A stretch of DNA of 32,000 bases from Candidatus Iainarchaeum sp. (GCA_016205145.1 JACQJH010000001.1:240001-272000), one strand, 5' to 3'. Shown: positions 23,301-31,680, numbered from the stretch's first letter. A program made the numbers and translations. The notes: a model not told the origin generated them from the letters alone.

Positions 23301-24331
23301 TCAACGACCATTCCGGCGTCGGCTGTCGGCGCAGTGCAGCCTACTTTTATTTCGCCGTGGTCCGCTATAATAACCGAGTCTGTTGATGTGAATTTGCCTT
23401 CAACAGAGATGTTTGTGGGGCATTCACCGCCCCAGCAGTTTTCTATTTCGCTGTTGGTGAGCGTGAAATTGTTGCCGACGTTTATGCGGCTGGCGTGCAG
23501 TGCGCGCCCGCCGTACAATCCGCTTACCGTGAGGTTTCCGCCTGCCGTAATTGTCGTGCCGGTTTCAGGGGCATGCAGTTCAACCCTTGCGCCGCTCATG
23601 TAAATGTTGTTGCCGGCGTTGATGCTTGCGCTGCCGCCCGCATTGCCAACCAAATCCACTCTGTTGTTTTGCAATGTTATGTTTCCGTTCGGGACGCTGA
23701 GGCTTTTGGCGTAAAGCGCGTAGTTGTCGCGCTGGCCTCCGGCATAAAAGTCGCTTCTGGCGGTGATTGCGCCGTGGTCGGTCCGGATGTTTGAACTGTA
23801 CAGCCAGATTCTCTCCGCAGTCACTATTCCGGGCGCATTCACCTGGATGCGGGCGCTGTCGTTCAATTGCAGGGTTTCGTCAAGGCTTATTGATGTGACA
23901 TCCGCGATTGACGCGCCGTCCCTGCTCGGGCCGGTCGCGCTTATTGAAGTCGCATCAATGGTCATGTCGATTGTTGTCCTGCGCCTTATGACTCCGCTTG
24001 GTTCCCCGCTGGCCGGTCCCCTTATGTCAATAATGAGTTTCCCTGTTGTCGCCTGAGAACCGCTTTTCGTTAGGGCTATCCTGTTTGTTCGCAGCACTCC
24101 GCCGGGCATTATCGTCAAATAGTATGTGCCAAAACCGCGGTCTTCAAGCTGTCCCTTGCCGACCAAAAACTCGTTTATGTGTATTTCGCCTGGGCTGTTG
24201 TCAATGTAGCAGTAAAAGTTGGTTCCGACTTCTTGTTGGTACGAGCAGGCAGTAAGCGCGTTTGCCGCCTGCATTGCCAAGATGAATGCGAATGCCGCCA
24301 CCGCCAAAAGAACCCTTTTTTTCATTGTCAT
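20342..24331 (-). CDS. giant secreted beta-helix-repeat adhesin-like protein with poly-Gly linkers and a Cys-rich C-terminal module
   Basis: 1329 aa with signal peptide MTMKKRVLLAVAAFAFILAMQAANA. There are hundreds of residues of degenerate GN-I-T/L...N repeats (a parallel beta-helix signature), linkers GGSNNGGGGGGGK / GGGGTGGTGGN / GGGGG, and a module rich in C-x-C motifs near aa 1150-1225. Confidence 0.8.
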   Translation of the reverse strand: MTMKKRVLLAVAAFAFILAMQAANALTACSYQQEVGTNFYCYIDNSPGEIHINEFLVGKGQLEDRGFGTYYLTIMPGGVLRTNRIALTKSGSQATTGKLIIDIRGPASGEPSGVIRRRTTIDMTIDATSISATGPSRDGASIADVTSISLDETLQLNDSARIQVNAPGIVTAERIWLYSSNIRTDHGAITARSDFYAGGQRDNYALYAKSLSVPNGNITLQNNRVDLVGNAGGSASINAGNNIYMSGARVELHAPETGTTITAGGNLTVSGLYGGRALHASRINVGNNFTLTNSEIENCWGGECPTNISVEGKFTSTDSVIIADHGEIKVGCTAPTADAGMVVDGRTSGRDIGIHLPNKIQLCRGNLKLNDTQIHYISGPVTASTGKIKTTNSRMHFQQNGSITAGGTDESGTGEFAGNWAISMTGKGPVAQYTIDGSGITDRLIKATNGSIILSGTDVRHNPKLESSLQTTISNSRTELQGINSGGNLNLSNVEMYSTGGITVGGRMKSQNSKISFVNNYYPITVNGPDDGTQAALEITGQKNGKAVENPAAITAPNGSINIHDISSCGGGWCIHFMKGALTANNNITVSNVQGFDGLNNNGISKIESANGNINLANTTFWSVIGPNSANAQIKALNGNITISGKGLDQRNFNEGSIVSLIRAKNITILNNPEFWDVTTNTATDPSGAVIQADETLTIRNTNFKNGWGNDIKLLKANKIDVSGSRFEGTENGNGNEKMTIDADEEIKLVGTYVYVLKLITAPRIRLENIDMPFIYLGIQAEKDLELVRGRMAFNNAAFDHVISVGNAETDKDYKLLLQGTGIWNGSKRLTVSVDYGDTKGIKIEEVPSITGNNQAVTMGACNWSGSGTINHTGILANNFIVSTWTPSPTAAAWSTFFRKNPNTGADPTISADLTCPFRNGGSNNGGGGGGGKTCQITTKTVNADGSVGAAIDQIDAVGGEIKVEAGNFSPDAAPAGTISCGNNAPAISSGGTCTYGQNNFESQISYDVTYTDVDGYSCTKTLRQSPVLTGGGGTGGTGGNAPSCNLLVDPSNIYPANAATVNVKASVSNPVGSGHTAKIKWDSAGAFADVAFGQITNLSAGVNHSYAVVTDPTIHQITLQVYDNSTGTPTLMTSCQYDLEHGHTAPGGGGGVVTCSTNIYCTGLQTCSNVQATYPYGVCCNVACTNPTNFEQACTDQGWNTCDASTELCSGTVQDVQNGLVCCQGTCQNTSGQTLQPVNVFLFLNGFIMKAGGQPVQSGTVAFTVNSTVAGESCSTPAISPAFNNGIISVQIDPLNCKLVPGTPHTGTATIRDNATGATETINVTFTS

Positions 24332-25131
24332 TGCGCATCACCCGGCGCGTTTGTGTCCGGCGGCCCATAGTTTGAGCCGGGGTCGGACATCGGAACCACT
24401 TCCGGCTGGCTGGTTTCCTTCGGAGGAACAAAATCCGGGTCCGGCGTTCCCGCTTCGCAGGCCTCTTTTATGTAATTCCAGTATTCCTGGTCCTGGTTGC
24501 GGGCTTTCATGTTTTCGATTGCCATTTCGTTCCCGATGCCTGCCAGCTTTTCGGAAAGCTTTTCTGCAATGGTTGTGGAAATGCCTGCCACGACTGCCGC
24601 GCCTGGATTGCTGTTGAAAAGCCCTTTGGCGATTTTGTCGGCGCCCGAAATTTCTTCGCGCGCGGACAAGACTTTCTGTTCGGCTGACGGAATAAGCTTT
24701 GCTATTGCACTGCTTGCGCCATCCCCGCAGAGGTTCACTTTTCCGATTTCTTCAAACCCCTGCCTTGCGCCCTCTATCGCGCTTATGGCGTTCAGGGCCG
24801 AATTGTATGCCGCGGTTGTCTGCCCGCCGGTTTGGTCGTCTTTTGCCAGCAGAGCAACGCCCTGCTTGAGTTCGGCTATTTTTGCGCCGGTCATGGGCTT
24901 GTCGTCCGGGCCGCTTGCCGCGAGATAAGAGTCAATTTCGGTTGTGATTGCCGAATAGTCCGCGATTTTTGCGTTGTTTTGCGGCACGGCTTTTTGTTCC
25001 ACGGGCTTGGGCGCGAGCACGTTTCCGAACGCGAAGCCGATTGCAATGAGCACAACCAGTATTCCGACGAATGCCGCGGGCTTCAAGGTTACGGCGTTGT
25101 CCTTGAGGAACTGCAAACCCATGTTCTTCAC
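24328..25131 (-). CDS. hypothetical N-terminally membrane-anchored protein with a Pro-rich C-terminal tail
   Basis: 267 aa with TM helix AAFVGILVVLIAIGFAFGNVL. First gene of the surface-protein operon; its TGA overlaps the next ATG. GTG start at 25131 (ATG alternative at 25122). Confidence 0.6.
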   Translation of the reverse strand: MKNMGLQFLKDNAVTLKPAAFVGILVVLIAIGFAFGNVLAPKPVEQKAVPQNNAKIADYSAITTEIDSYLAASGPDDKPMTGAKIAELKQGVALLAKDDQTGGQTTAAYNSALNAISAIEGARQGFEEIGKVNLCGDGASSAIAKLIPSAEQKVLSAREEISGADKIAKGLFNSNPGAAVVAGISTTIAEKLSEKLAGIGNEMAIENMKARNQDQEYWNYIKEACEAGTPDPDFVPPKETSQPEVVPMSDPGSNYGPPDTNAPGDAQ

Positions 25132-25251
25132 TTTTTAACCGGCGGCTTTCGCGCCCGCGATTGTGCTATTATAATTCGCTTTTTACTATTTAAATCTTTG
25201 CGGGCGTTTTTGGGTTAGCAGGCTTTCAGGCTTTTTGCGGTGGCGAAGCGT

Positions 25252-26148
25252 TCAGACGAGGGTTTCAACCTTGCCGTCCGCCAAAAGAATTGTTGTTTCG
25301 GCCTGCGTGACAATCCTGCCGTCTTTTTCGCGCAGCACGGGATATGACTGCAGGCATTTTTTGAAGACCAGTTCGCGCAACGCTGTTTTGCGCTGGAAAT
25401 CCGAAAGCTGCAGTTCCCTTCCGATCCACCTTTCCGCGAAAGGCAGTGCAAAATAGTTTTCGGCTGCGAATTCGAGTATTTTCCTTGCGACCGGGCTGCG
25501 CATTGTTTTCGGCTCTTCAAGGGAAAAGATTTCAACGCTCTGCCCTTCGCGCACAATGCCCTCTCCGTCGGTCGCGAACGGTTCGATTGCAATGCACGAA
25601 TCGTCTTCCAGAATCCGGTCGTCGGGCCTTTCGATGTTGGGAATGCTTGGGGGGGCGTGCGCTTCGAATGCCTGCAAACCGTGGCCTGTCAGGTTTTCGA
25701 CAGGGGAAAAGCCGTAATGCTTTATCGTCTTTTCAATTTCCTGCCCGATTTTGGAGATTTTTTGCCCGGCTTTGACGTGGCTTAACGCGTTCTCCAAAGC
25801 TTTCTCCGCGGCTTCAATCATTTTTGCGTGCCTGTTCGACGGGTTGACAGTGAAAGCTGTGTCGGTGATGAAGCCTTCGACGTGCACTCCGATGTCCACC
25901 TTCAGGACATCCGATTCCAAAAAAACGCTTTCGTCGCCGATGCTCGGGGTGGCGTGCGCCGCCTCGTTGTTGCGCGACAAATTGACGGGAAACGCCGGCT
26001 TTCCGCCTTCTTCGGCGATGAACTTTTCAATGCTTTCCGCCAGGCCGGACAGCTTTGCGCCCGGCTTTGCCTCTTTTTTGGCGAAATGAACGGCTTTCCT
26101 GAGGATTGCCCCGGATTTCCTGTAATTTTCAATCTCTTCGCTTTCCAT
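25252..26148 (-). CDS. map: methionine aminopeptidase, type 2 (archaeal)
   Basis: NYRKSGAIL..., FPVNLS.NNEAAH, VLKVDIGVHVEGFITDTAFTV, GHGL, plus the inserted helical subdomain typical of type-2 MetAP. Confidence 0.9.
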   Translation of the reverse strand: MESEEIENYRKSGAILRKAVHFAKKEAKPGAKLSGLAESIEKFIAEEGGKPAFPVNLSRNNEAAHATPSIGDESVFLESDVLKVDIGVHVEGFITDTAFTVNPSNRHAKMIEAAEKALENALSHVKAGQKISKIGQEIEKTIKHYGFSPVENLTGHGLQAFEAHAPPSIPNIERPDDRILEDDSCIAIEPFATDGEGIVREGQSVEIFSLEEPKTMRSPVARKILEFAAENYFALPFAERWIGRELQLSDFQRKTALRELVFKKCLQSYPVLREKDGRIVTQAETTILLADGKVETLV

Positions 26149-26200
26149 GAAAAATCGGATTTATTTTCTGGACAAGAAGCCTTTTTTAGCTGTCGTTTTT

Positions 26201-28615
26201 TCAGAAAAACCGGTTGAGGCTGCTCTGCTTTCCGCCGTGCAGTAGGTCCTGCTCGGAATAGCCGAGTTCCTGCACGATTTTTTCAACTGCCGGCAAAACC
26301 TGGTGGCTTATGTAGTAGTCGGCGTCGTAGTCGCCTTCGTTCACGAATTCCTCAAGCTCGGCCTTGTCGGAAATGCTTTTTCCAGTGCGCGTAACGATGT
26401 AGCCTATCACGCTTCCGACTCCAATGTCTTTTCCGCGCTTTATGGCTTTTTCAGCGGCAACGACGTGCGGGCCTTTCGACACGTATTTTTTGAGCGGCCT
26501 TTTTATCTGCGTCAGGATGACAAGCTCTTTTTTCGGAACCTTCCCTTCCTTCAGCTCGGCCAGAACCTTTTTGACTATGGCAATCGCTTTTTCGGGCCTG
26601 CCCTCTTTCAGCACCGCCTCTATGACCTGCCTTTGCGTTTCCTTGGCGATGTTCGACCAGTCCCTTCTCACGTATTCGAAGCCGACTATTTTGAGGTTGT
26701 CCTTGTAGTCCATCAGGGCATACCGTTTCTTTGCCGCTTTCTCCTCGCCTTTGCGCGAAACGAATATGCCGCGCTTGTAAAATCCCTGCAAATCTATCTG
26801 CATTATGCCGGGCAGCCAGTCATTGGTTTTCCTGACGAATTCCTCGACGTCCTTTTCGTTTTTGCCGGCCGGAATTTTCAAAAAATTGGAATCAGTATCC
26901 CCGTAAATGACTTCGAAGCCTTCTTCTTCCGCCATCTTCGCGACTTCCTGCACGTACTTTTGGCTGAACATTGTCACGGCCCTTGCGCATTCCCTGTCAT
27001 ACCATCTGCTGCGCGCATAGCCCAGGTAACCGTAAAACGAGTTGAGCAAAATTTTCAATGCCTGCGTGCGCGCGTTCAGCAGGGCAAATTCCTTGCTTTT
27101 CCTGTCCATCGCCTTCAGCTTTTTCTTGAGCGCCATGCGCCGTTCAAAAAGGTCTTTTATGATTGAGGAAAGGAACCCGTCTTTTTTGGTGCAGAACCAG
27201 TGGTTGGTGGGCGCGGAGTTTTTGGCTTTGCATTCCTCATGCCTGCAGTCGAGGCTGTCCGGCGAAATGTTGTGCGAAACCATTATGCTCGGATGCAATG
27301 AGGAAAAGTCCAATACCGCAATGCGTTCATGCAGCCCCGGTTTGGGTTCGCGCACAAAGCCGCCTTCAAAGCTCTGCATTATGCGCTGCCCCACTTCTTC
27401 GTCGGAAGGCTTTTCCGGAACAAGGCTGTTGGTTTCAAAGCACTTGTTGTAGAGCAATGCTTCCACCAGGTTTGAGGCCGATGCCCTGCTCACGTCGAAC
27501 AGCGTCTGCTTGACAAGCCTGCAGAACTCTGTTTCGAGCGGCAAAAAAGTTTCGGCTATTCTCAGTGTTGCTTCGGCATCCTCGCGGTTGTATGCTACAA
27601 GCCTTTTGAATTCGGCTTCCGAGCCTTTTTCCCAGATCCTTGCTATGTCCGCAGCTTTTATCTTTTCTTTCGGCGTTCCGAACAGGCTTTCCGCAACCGA
27701 TTCGAGGTCGAACTTGATGAGGCTCACAACCGCAAACCTGTTGAGCACCCTGAGCATCTGGAACGCGTCGAGATGCTGCAGGCCGTTTATTTTCACTGCA
27801 TTGTCCTGTCCCCTGCGCCTGATTTTGGGTTTCGAGCCGTCCGATGCTATTCCGTCGTCAAAGCCCAGCTTTTCCGCCCTGCCGGCAAGGTACGGCAGGT
27901 CGAAGGAATCTCCATTGTAAGTGACGAGGATGTCGAGTTTCGCTTTGCGGATTTCAGCGACAAGCGCTTCCAGCATTTCCTTTTCCGAGCCGAAGGTTTT
28001 GGTGCCCTGCATGCCCGCAAACTTTTCCTTGTAAGTCAGCACAAACGAATGGCCGTTGCCGGCGAATGATGCCATCAGCACCGGGTCCTTGTCGGGCGTG
28101 GAAAATCTTTCCGCTGAAAGGGTTTCAAAGTCGAACGAGGCAATGCTGAACTCGGCTTCGGAGTCGAACTTTTCCGCTTCAAGGATTTCATTGCCTTCGA
28201 CAACCAGCCTTATGCCGTTCATGGGTTCAAGCCGCTTGTCTATGAGATAGCGTTTCGCGAACGGCAAATCGTATTCGCGTTTTTCGATTAGCCATGGAAA
28301 AGCGCTTATTTCCTGCCTTGCAATGATGAGTTCGTTCGTGCTTTTGAAATAAATCTTGACAACGTTTTCGGCATTGGATTTTTTGACGGTTTCGGCTTTC
28401 AGGGCCTTTGCGCCCTCCGCAAACGTTTTTTCCCTGAGGTCTTCGATTGCTTTTTCCGTGTCTTTTGTTATGGCATAAAAGTAGGGCCGGAATTTTTTGT
28501 CCTCGAACCGCCGGATTCCTTCAGGCGTTTTCACGAACAGTTCGATGTCGGATTCGCCGTTTTTTCCGGAAGAATAGGCTGCGTCAAGCAAAATTCCTTT
28601 TATCTCCCTTGGCAT
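26201..28615 (-). CDS. polB: DNA polymerase, family B
   Basis: Exo I FDFET, Exo II YNGDSFDLPYL, Exo III YNREDAEAT, motif A DFSSLHPSIM, motif B KILLNSFYGYLGY, motif C YGDTDS. Confidence 0.95.
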   Translation of the reverse strand: MPREIKGILLDAAYSSGKNGESDIELFVKTPEGIRRFEDKKFRPYFYAITKDTEKAIEDLREKTFAEGAKALKAETVKKSNAENVVKIYFKSTNELIIARQEISAFPWLIEKREYDLPFAKRYLIDKRLEPMNGIRLVVEGNEILEAEKFDSEAEFSIASFDFETLSAERFSTPDKDPVLMASFAGNGHSFVLTYKEKFAGMQGTKTFGSEKEMLEALVAEIRKAKLDILVTYNGDSFDLPYLAGRAEKLGFDDGIASDGSKPKIRRRGQDNAVKINGLQHLDAFQMLRVLNRFAVVSLIKFDLESVAESLFGTPKEKIKAADIARIWEKGSEAEFKRLVAYNREDAEATLRIAETFLPLETEFCRLVKQTLFDVSRASASNLVEALLYNKCFETNSLVPEKPSDEEVGQRIMQSFEGGFVREPKPGLHERIAVLDFSSLHPSIMVSHNISPDSLDCRHEECKAKNSAPTNHWFCTKKDGFLSSIIKDLFERRMALKKKLKAMDRKSKEFALLNARTQALKILLNSFYGYLGYARSRWYDRECARAVTMFSQKYVQEVAKMAEEEGFEVIYGDTDSNFLKIPAGKNEKDVEEFVRKTNDWLPGIMQIDLQGFYKRGIFVSRKGEEKAAKKRYALMDYKDNLKIVGFEYVRRDWSNIAKETQRQVIEAVLKEGRPEKAIAIVKKVLAELKEGKVPKKELVILTQIKRPLKKYVSKGPHVVAAEKAIKRGKDIGVGSVIGYIVTRTGKSISDKAELEEFVNEGDYDADYYISHQVLPAVEKIVQELGYSEQDLLHGGKQSSLNRFF

Positions 28616-28620
28616 ACAAT

Positions 28621-28660
28621 AGCCTTTTAAGTATCAATTTCTTTAAAATAATGTGATTCT
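28621..28660. promoter_or_regulatory. divergent promoter region with two TATA-like boxes (TTTTAAGTA 28625-28633; TTTAAAATAA 28643-28652)
   Basis: The box centres lie about 27-32 nt from the polB ATG (28615) and the plus-strand ATG (28664), so both transcripts would be leaderless or near-leaderless. Confidence 0.5.
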
Positions 28661-28663
28661 CTG

Positions 28664-29191
28664 ATGCCGCCACATTCCAGGCCGGCGAGGCCTGCAGACG
28701 TTTCCGCGAGGCCACAGTCTTATTCTGCTTCCGGCGGCGGGGCTTCATCGGGCATTTCCGCCATGAGCCTGCGCGAGGACATTAAGGCGCTGAATTCCGC
28801 GATTCTCGTGCTGTCGCAGAAAATGAAGTTTGTAGTGCGCAACGAGAAGATTCTTGGCAGGAACCTTCTTGTTTTGAACAAGAAGTTCAAGGGCTTTGAG
28901 GAGCCGAGGCAGAACGGAGCTTCCTCCGACAGCGGCGGCCTTGCTTCCGAGGACATTGAAAAGCTTTTGCTGCATTTGCAGGATCTTTCGGGGAAAGTCG
29001 ACGAGCTTGAGGCAAAGCTCAAGCATGCGCAGGAAACCTCGGTGTCAAAGGAGCAGTTTGCCGAGCTCAAATATGTCATTGACGCCATAAACCCGCTTGA
29101 CTTTGTAACGATCGCGCAGGCAAAGGAACTGATTGACAAGAGGCTTGCGAAGGATTCGGCCGGCGAATCAAAGAAAGAGAAGAAAAAATAG
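28664..29191 (+). CDS. hypothetical coiled-coil protein
   Basis: 175 aa. Low-complexity N-terminus, then heptad-like regions (DIKALNSAILVLSQKM..., LQDLSGKVDELEAKLKHAQE) and a Lys-rich tail. Alternative ATG at 28763. Confidence 0.55.
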   Translation: MPPHSRPARPADVSARPQSYSASGGGASSGISAMSLREDIKALNSAILVLSQKMKFVVRNEKILGRNLLVLNKKFKGFEEPRQNGASSDSGGLASEDIEKLLLHLQDLSGKVDELEAKLKHAQETSVSKEQFAELKYVIDAINPLDFVTIAQAKELIDKRLAKDSAGESKKEKKK

Positions 29192-29281
29192 TTGCCGCTT
29201 TTTTTTGCAATTGCATTATGTTTGCATTTTTTGTGTTTGCGTTTTTTTTTGTAATTGCATTGGTTTGCGTTTCCTTTTATT

Positions 29282-30838
29282 TTATTGCAATTCCGAGCAC
29301 GCGCTTAATCCGGGGCGGAGCATTGCCCTGTATTGCCTTTTGTTCCTGATCTGCACGCCGATGTCGTTGTTTTTGACTATCCCGATTTTGGCTTCGGTTT
29401 CCTCGAGCAGTTTCCTGTCAAGGTCGGTTTCAACCGGCGTCGAGAGCGCTATGCCCGTGCCGAAGGTTTTGAGTTCGAGCATTGTTTCGGCGATGCTTTT
29501 GCCGTCAAGCGTTTCATCTTCGAACGGCGCCAGCTTTTCCGTTTCGGGGATGAAAACCATTGTTTTGAGCCCTCCCCGCGAACCGTGTTTCCTGAAATGG
29601 TTGAGCAGTTCCCTTAACAGCGCGTCGACCATAATGAGCGACTGCCTTTTGTCCAGGCCAGCCAGGCTGATGTGGCTTGTCCTGCCGATGCCATGCAGCC
29701 ATTTTTTTGAAATTTCCTCGACGTTGTTTTGGCCGCCGAAAAATCCGGGATAGCGAACATCCAAAAGCTTTGCAAGCCTTATGGTTTTGAGTTTGTGGAA
29801 ATCGTTCCAGTCGTCCGTTGCGGGCATTTTTTCTATTTCTTTTATGAGGCCGTCGATCGACTCCGCTTTCGACAGCTTTACCGCCTTTGCAAGAGTTTGC
29901 GCTGCAACGTTGTTTCCGGTTTCAAAGAGTTCCAGCACGCCGTCAGCATTGAGGCTTGGAATGCATGCCTTGATGTTTTCCTTGGGCTTGAATTCCCTGA
30001 ACGGGAAACCGATGGGTTCCACGTCAAGCTTGTAGTCGAGGAGCTTTTCCTTCTGCTCCGTCTGCCTTTTGAGGCCGGAAAACCTGTCGCTCCAGTCGAA
30101 GACTATTGCGGGCAGGCTTGAAAGCAGGGCGCTTTCGATGAGAATGTGCATTGCGTGGTTTCTTTCCTTTTCAGTTCCGCCGTAGATTACGGTGTGCGAG
30201 AAAAGCCTCAGCGGCTCTTTGAGCGGCTGGTTTTCCGCGGAAACCCCGAGAATGATTTCACCGGCCAGGTCGTGTTTTTGCATGTTTCCTTCATCCCGCT
30301 CCCCGTCGGCTGTTGCAGGCCCGGCAGTGCCAAGGCTGTTAGGCATGAGTTCCATTGCCAGCAATGGCTGGGAGAAGAACGCGTTTTTTGTCTCGTCGCC
30401 GCTTTTTTCCAGTTCCGAGAGCTCTATGTCGTATGCCTTTGAAAAGTTGCCGACAAGCTTTGCCGAGGTTTCAATCTGTTTGAGCTGCTCGTCGACGGTT
30501 TCCTCGAGCGAATCCTTTTCAAGCGGCGAATACGCCGGCTCGGAGGGCAGGAGCAGGAATTTCATTGTTTTTTTAGGGTCGTGCCTTGAAACGACTATCG
30601 CGTCTTTCGGAAAGGTTTCAACGAAACCGTCTATGTTGCCGGTAGCGTGGAAAACCTTGAAGAGCTGCGTAAGCGCGCCCTTTTTTTTGCCGTTTTCCTC
30701 GTCGAAGACGGTTGCGAGCACGACGGATTCCGGGTTCAATTTGATTTCCGAGGCGTGGCCCAGGACATTGCCTTCGAACAATTGCTTCCAAGGGCCCTGT
30801 AAAAACCTGGCCTCTCCGCTTTTCCGTTTCATGCCCAT
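29282..30838 (-). CDS. HerA/DUF87-like protein with degenerate Walker A and B motifs
   Basis: SHTVIYGGTEKERNHAMHILIE...PAIVFDWSDRFSGL aligns with the HerA pattern H-hhI-G-TGSGKS-N...hhIhD-HGEY. ISLAGLDKRQ...LKTMVFIPETEKLAP aligns with the Walker B segment (hhhEEAH). The TATA at 30855-30862 favours an ATG at 30838 or 30832 over the TTG at 30868. Confidence 0.65.
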   Translation of the reverse strand: MGMKRKSGEARFLQGPWKQLFEGNVLGHASEIKLNPESVVLATVFDEENGKKKGALTQLFKVFHATGNIDGFVETFPKDAIVVSRHDPKKTMKFLLLPSEPAYSPLEKDSLEETVDEQLKQIETSAKLVGNFSKAYDIELSELEKSGDETKNAFFSQPLLAMELMPNSLGTAGPATADGERDEGNMQKHDLAGEIILGVSAENQPLKEPLRLFSHTVIYGGTEKERNHAMHILIESALLSSLPAIVFDWSDRFSGLKRQTEQKEKLLDYKLDVEPIGFPFREFKPKENIKACIPSLNADGVLELFETGNNVAAQTLAKAVKLSKAESIDGLIKEIEKMPATDDWNDFHKLKTIRLAKLLDVRYPGFFGGQNNVEEISKKWLHGIGRTSHISLAGLDKRQSLIMVDALLRELLNHFRKHGSRGGLKTMVFIPETEKLAPFEDETLDGKSIAETMLELKTFGTGIALSTPVETDLDRKLLEETEAKIGIVKNNDIGVQIRNKRQYRAMLRPGLSACSELQ

Positions 30839-30854
30839 AACCAAAAACCGCAGG

Positions 30855-30862
30855 TTTAAATA
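30855..30862. promoter_or_regulatory. TATA box TTTAAATA (GGTTTAAATATG) in a divergent intergenic region
   Basis: Centred about 21-27 nt upstream of the minus-strand ATGs at 30838/30832. A second A/T box, CCTAATAAAAATTTTT (30891-30906), precedes the plus-strand ATG at 30921. Confidence 0.5.
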
Positions 30863-30920
30863 TGCCAATTTTATTATTAGATAAGTGTTAGCCTAATAAA
30901 AATTTTTGGTTGCGGTTTGC

Positions 30921-31580
30921 ATGGTGAACAAGCAGGTTGTCCTTGAAACTATCAAGAGAATGCGCGATTCCGGCCTGGACAATGCGGACATCGCCAAGAC
31001 TTTGCGCGACATCGGCATTTCCGACAATGAAGTCGAGGAATATCTTCTGGAGCTTGAGGACAGCTATGCAGGCAAAAAGCCCAAGCCCGCAAAGGCAGGG
31101 GAAGGCGATGCGCAGTCAGCCGAAGGCCGGGGCGGGGAACGCCAGGGTGAAGAACGCGATAGCGAAGCGGAAGAGGGGGATGCTGAAGGCGGGGCCGGAG
31201 ACGAGGTTCAAGGGCAGGCAGAGGACGATGATAATGACATTGACATTGCCGAAAAGACGGCGTTGCGCGTGAAAGAGCATTTGGACCGCAGGCTTGAGGA
31301 AGACGCAATGCAGGATGCCGAACTGCAGAACCGGCTTGACAGCCACTCCGAAAAGCTTGAGGCCATGCACGAGAACGTGCAGGACATCCACGGCAAAATC
31401 GCTTCGATTGCATCAGGGCCGTCGAACCGCGATCTGGAGAAGCGCCTTGCCGACATCAATGAAAGGCTCTCCGCTTTGGAGGCGCAGGTCAACGACCTCA
31501 AAGCATTGTCCACGGCATCAAAGGCTTTGCTTGCGAAAATCCTTGAAACCGACAGGCGCATTCTCGGCGAAAAAGATTAA
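30921..31580 (+). CDS. hypothetical acidic coiled-coil protein
   Basis: MVNKQVVLETIKRMRDSGLDNADIAKTLRDIGISDNEVEEYL (small helical N-terminal domain), an acidic Gly/Glu/Asp-rich linker, then a C-terminal coiled coil (RLADINERLSALEAQVNDLKAL). The ATG at 30921 is preferred to the TTG at 30906. Confidence 0.6.
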   Translation: MVNKQVVLETIKRMRDSGLDNADIAKTLRDIGISDNEVEEYLLELEDSYAGKKPKPAKAGEGDAQSAEGRGGERQGEERDSEAEEGDAEGGAGDEVQGQAEDDDNDIDIAEKTALRVKEHLDRRLEEDAMQDAELQNRLDSHSEKLEAMHENVQDIHGKIASIASGPSNRDLEKRLADINERLSALEAQVNDLKALSTASKALLAKILETDRRILGEKD

Positions 31581-31602
31581 CTGTTTCTGACTTTGCAAAC
31601 AC

Positions 31603-31680
31603 CTTACTCGGCATTCTGCGAAAGCAGAATGCCTTGGTTTCGGCACGCGCGGTCGAAAACGCGCCCGGACGAAACCGGCT
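31603..31680 (-). repeat. intergenic hairpin element, copy D (starts at the stop codon of the minus-strand gene)
   Basis: Plus strand: CTTACTCGGC; stem GGCATTCTGC (31610-31619), GAAA loop, GCAGAATGCC (31624-31633); TTGGTTTCG; inner GCGCG hairpin; then CCGG-ACGAAA-CCGG (31665-31678). Confidence 0.55.
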
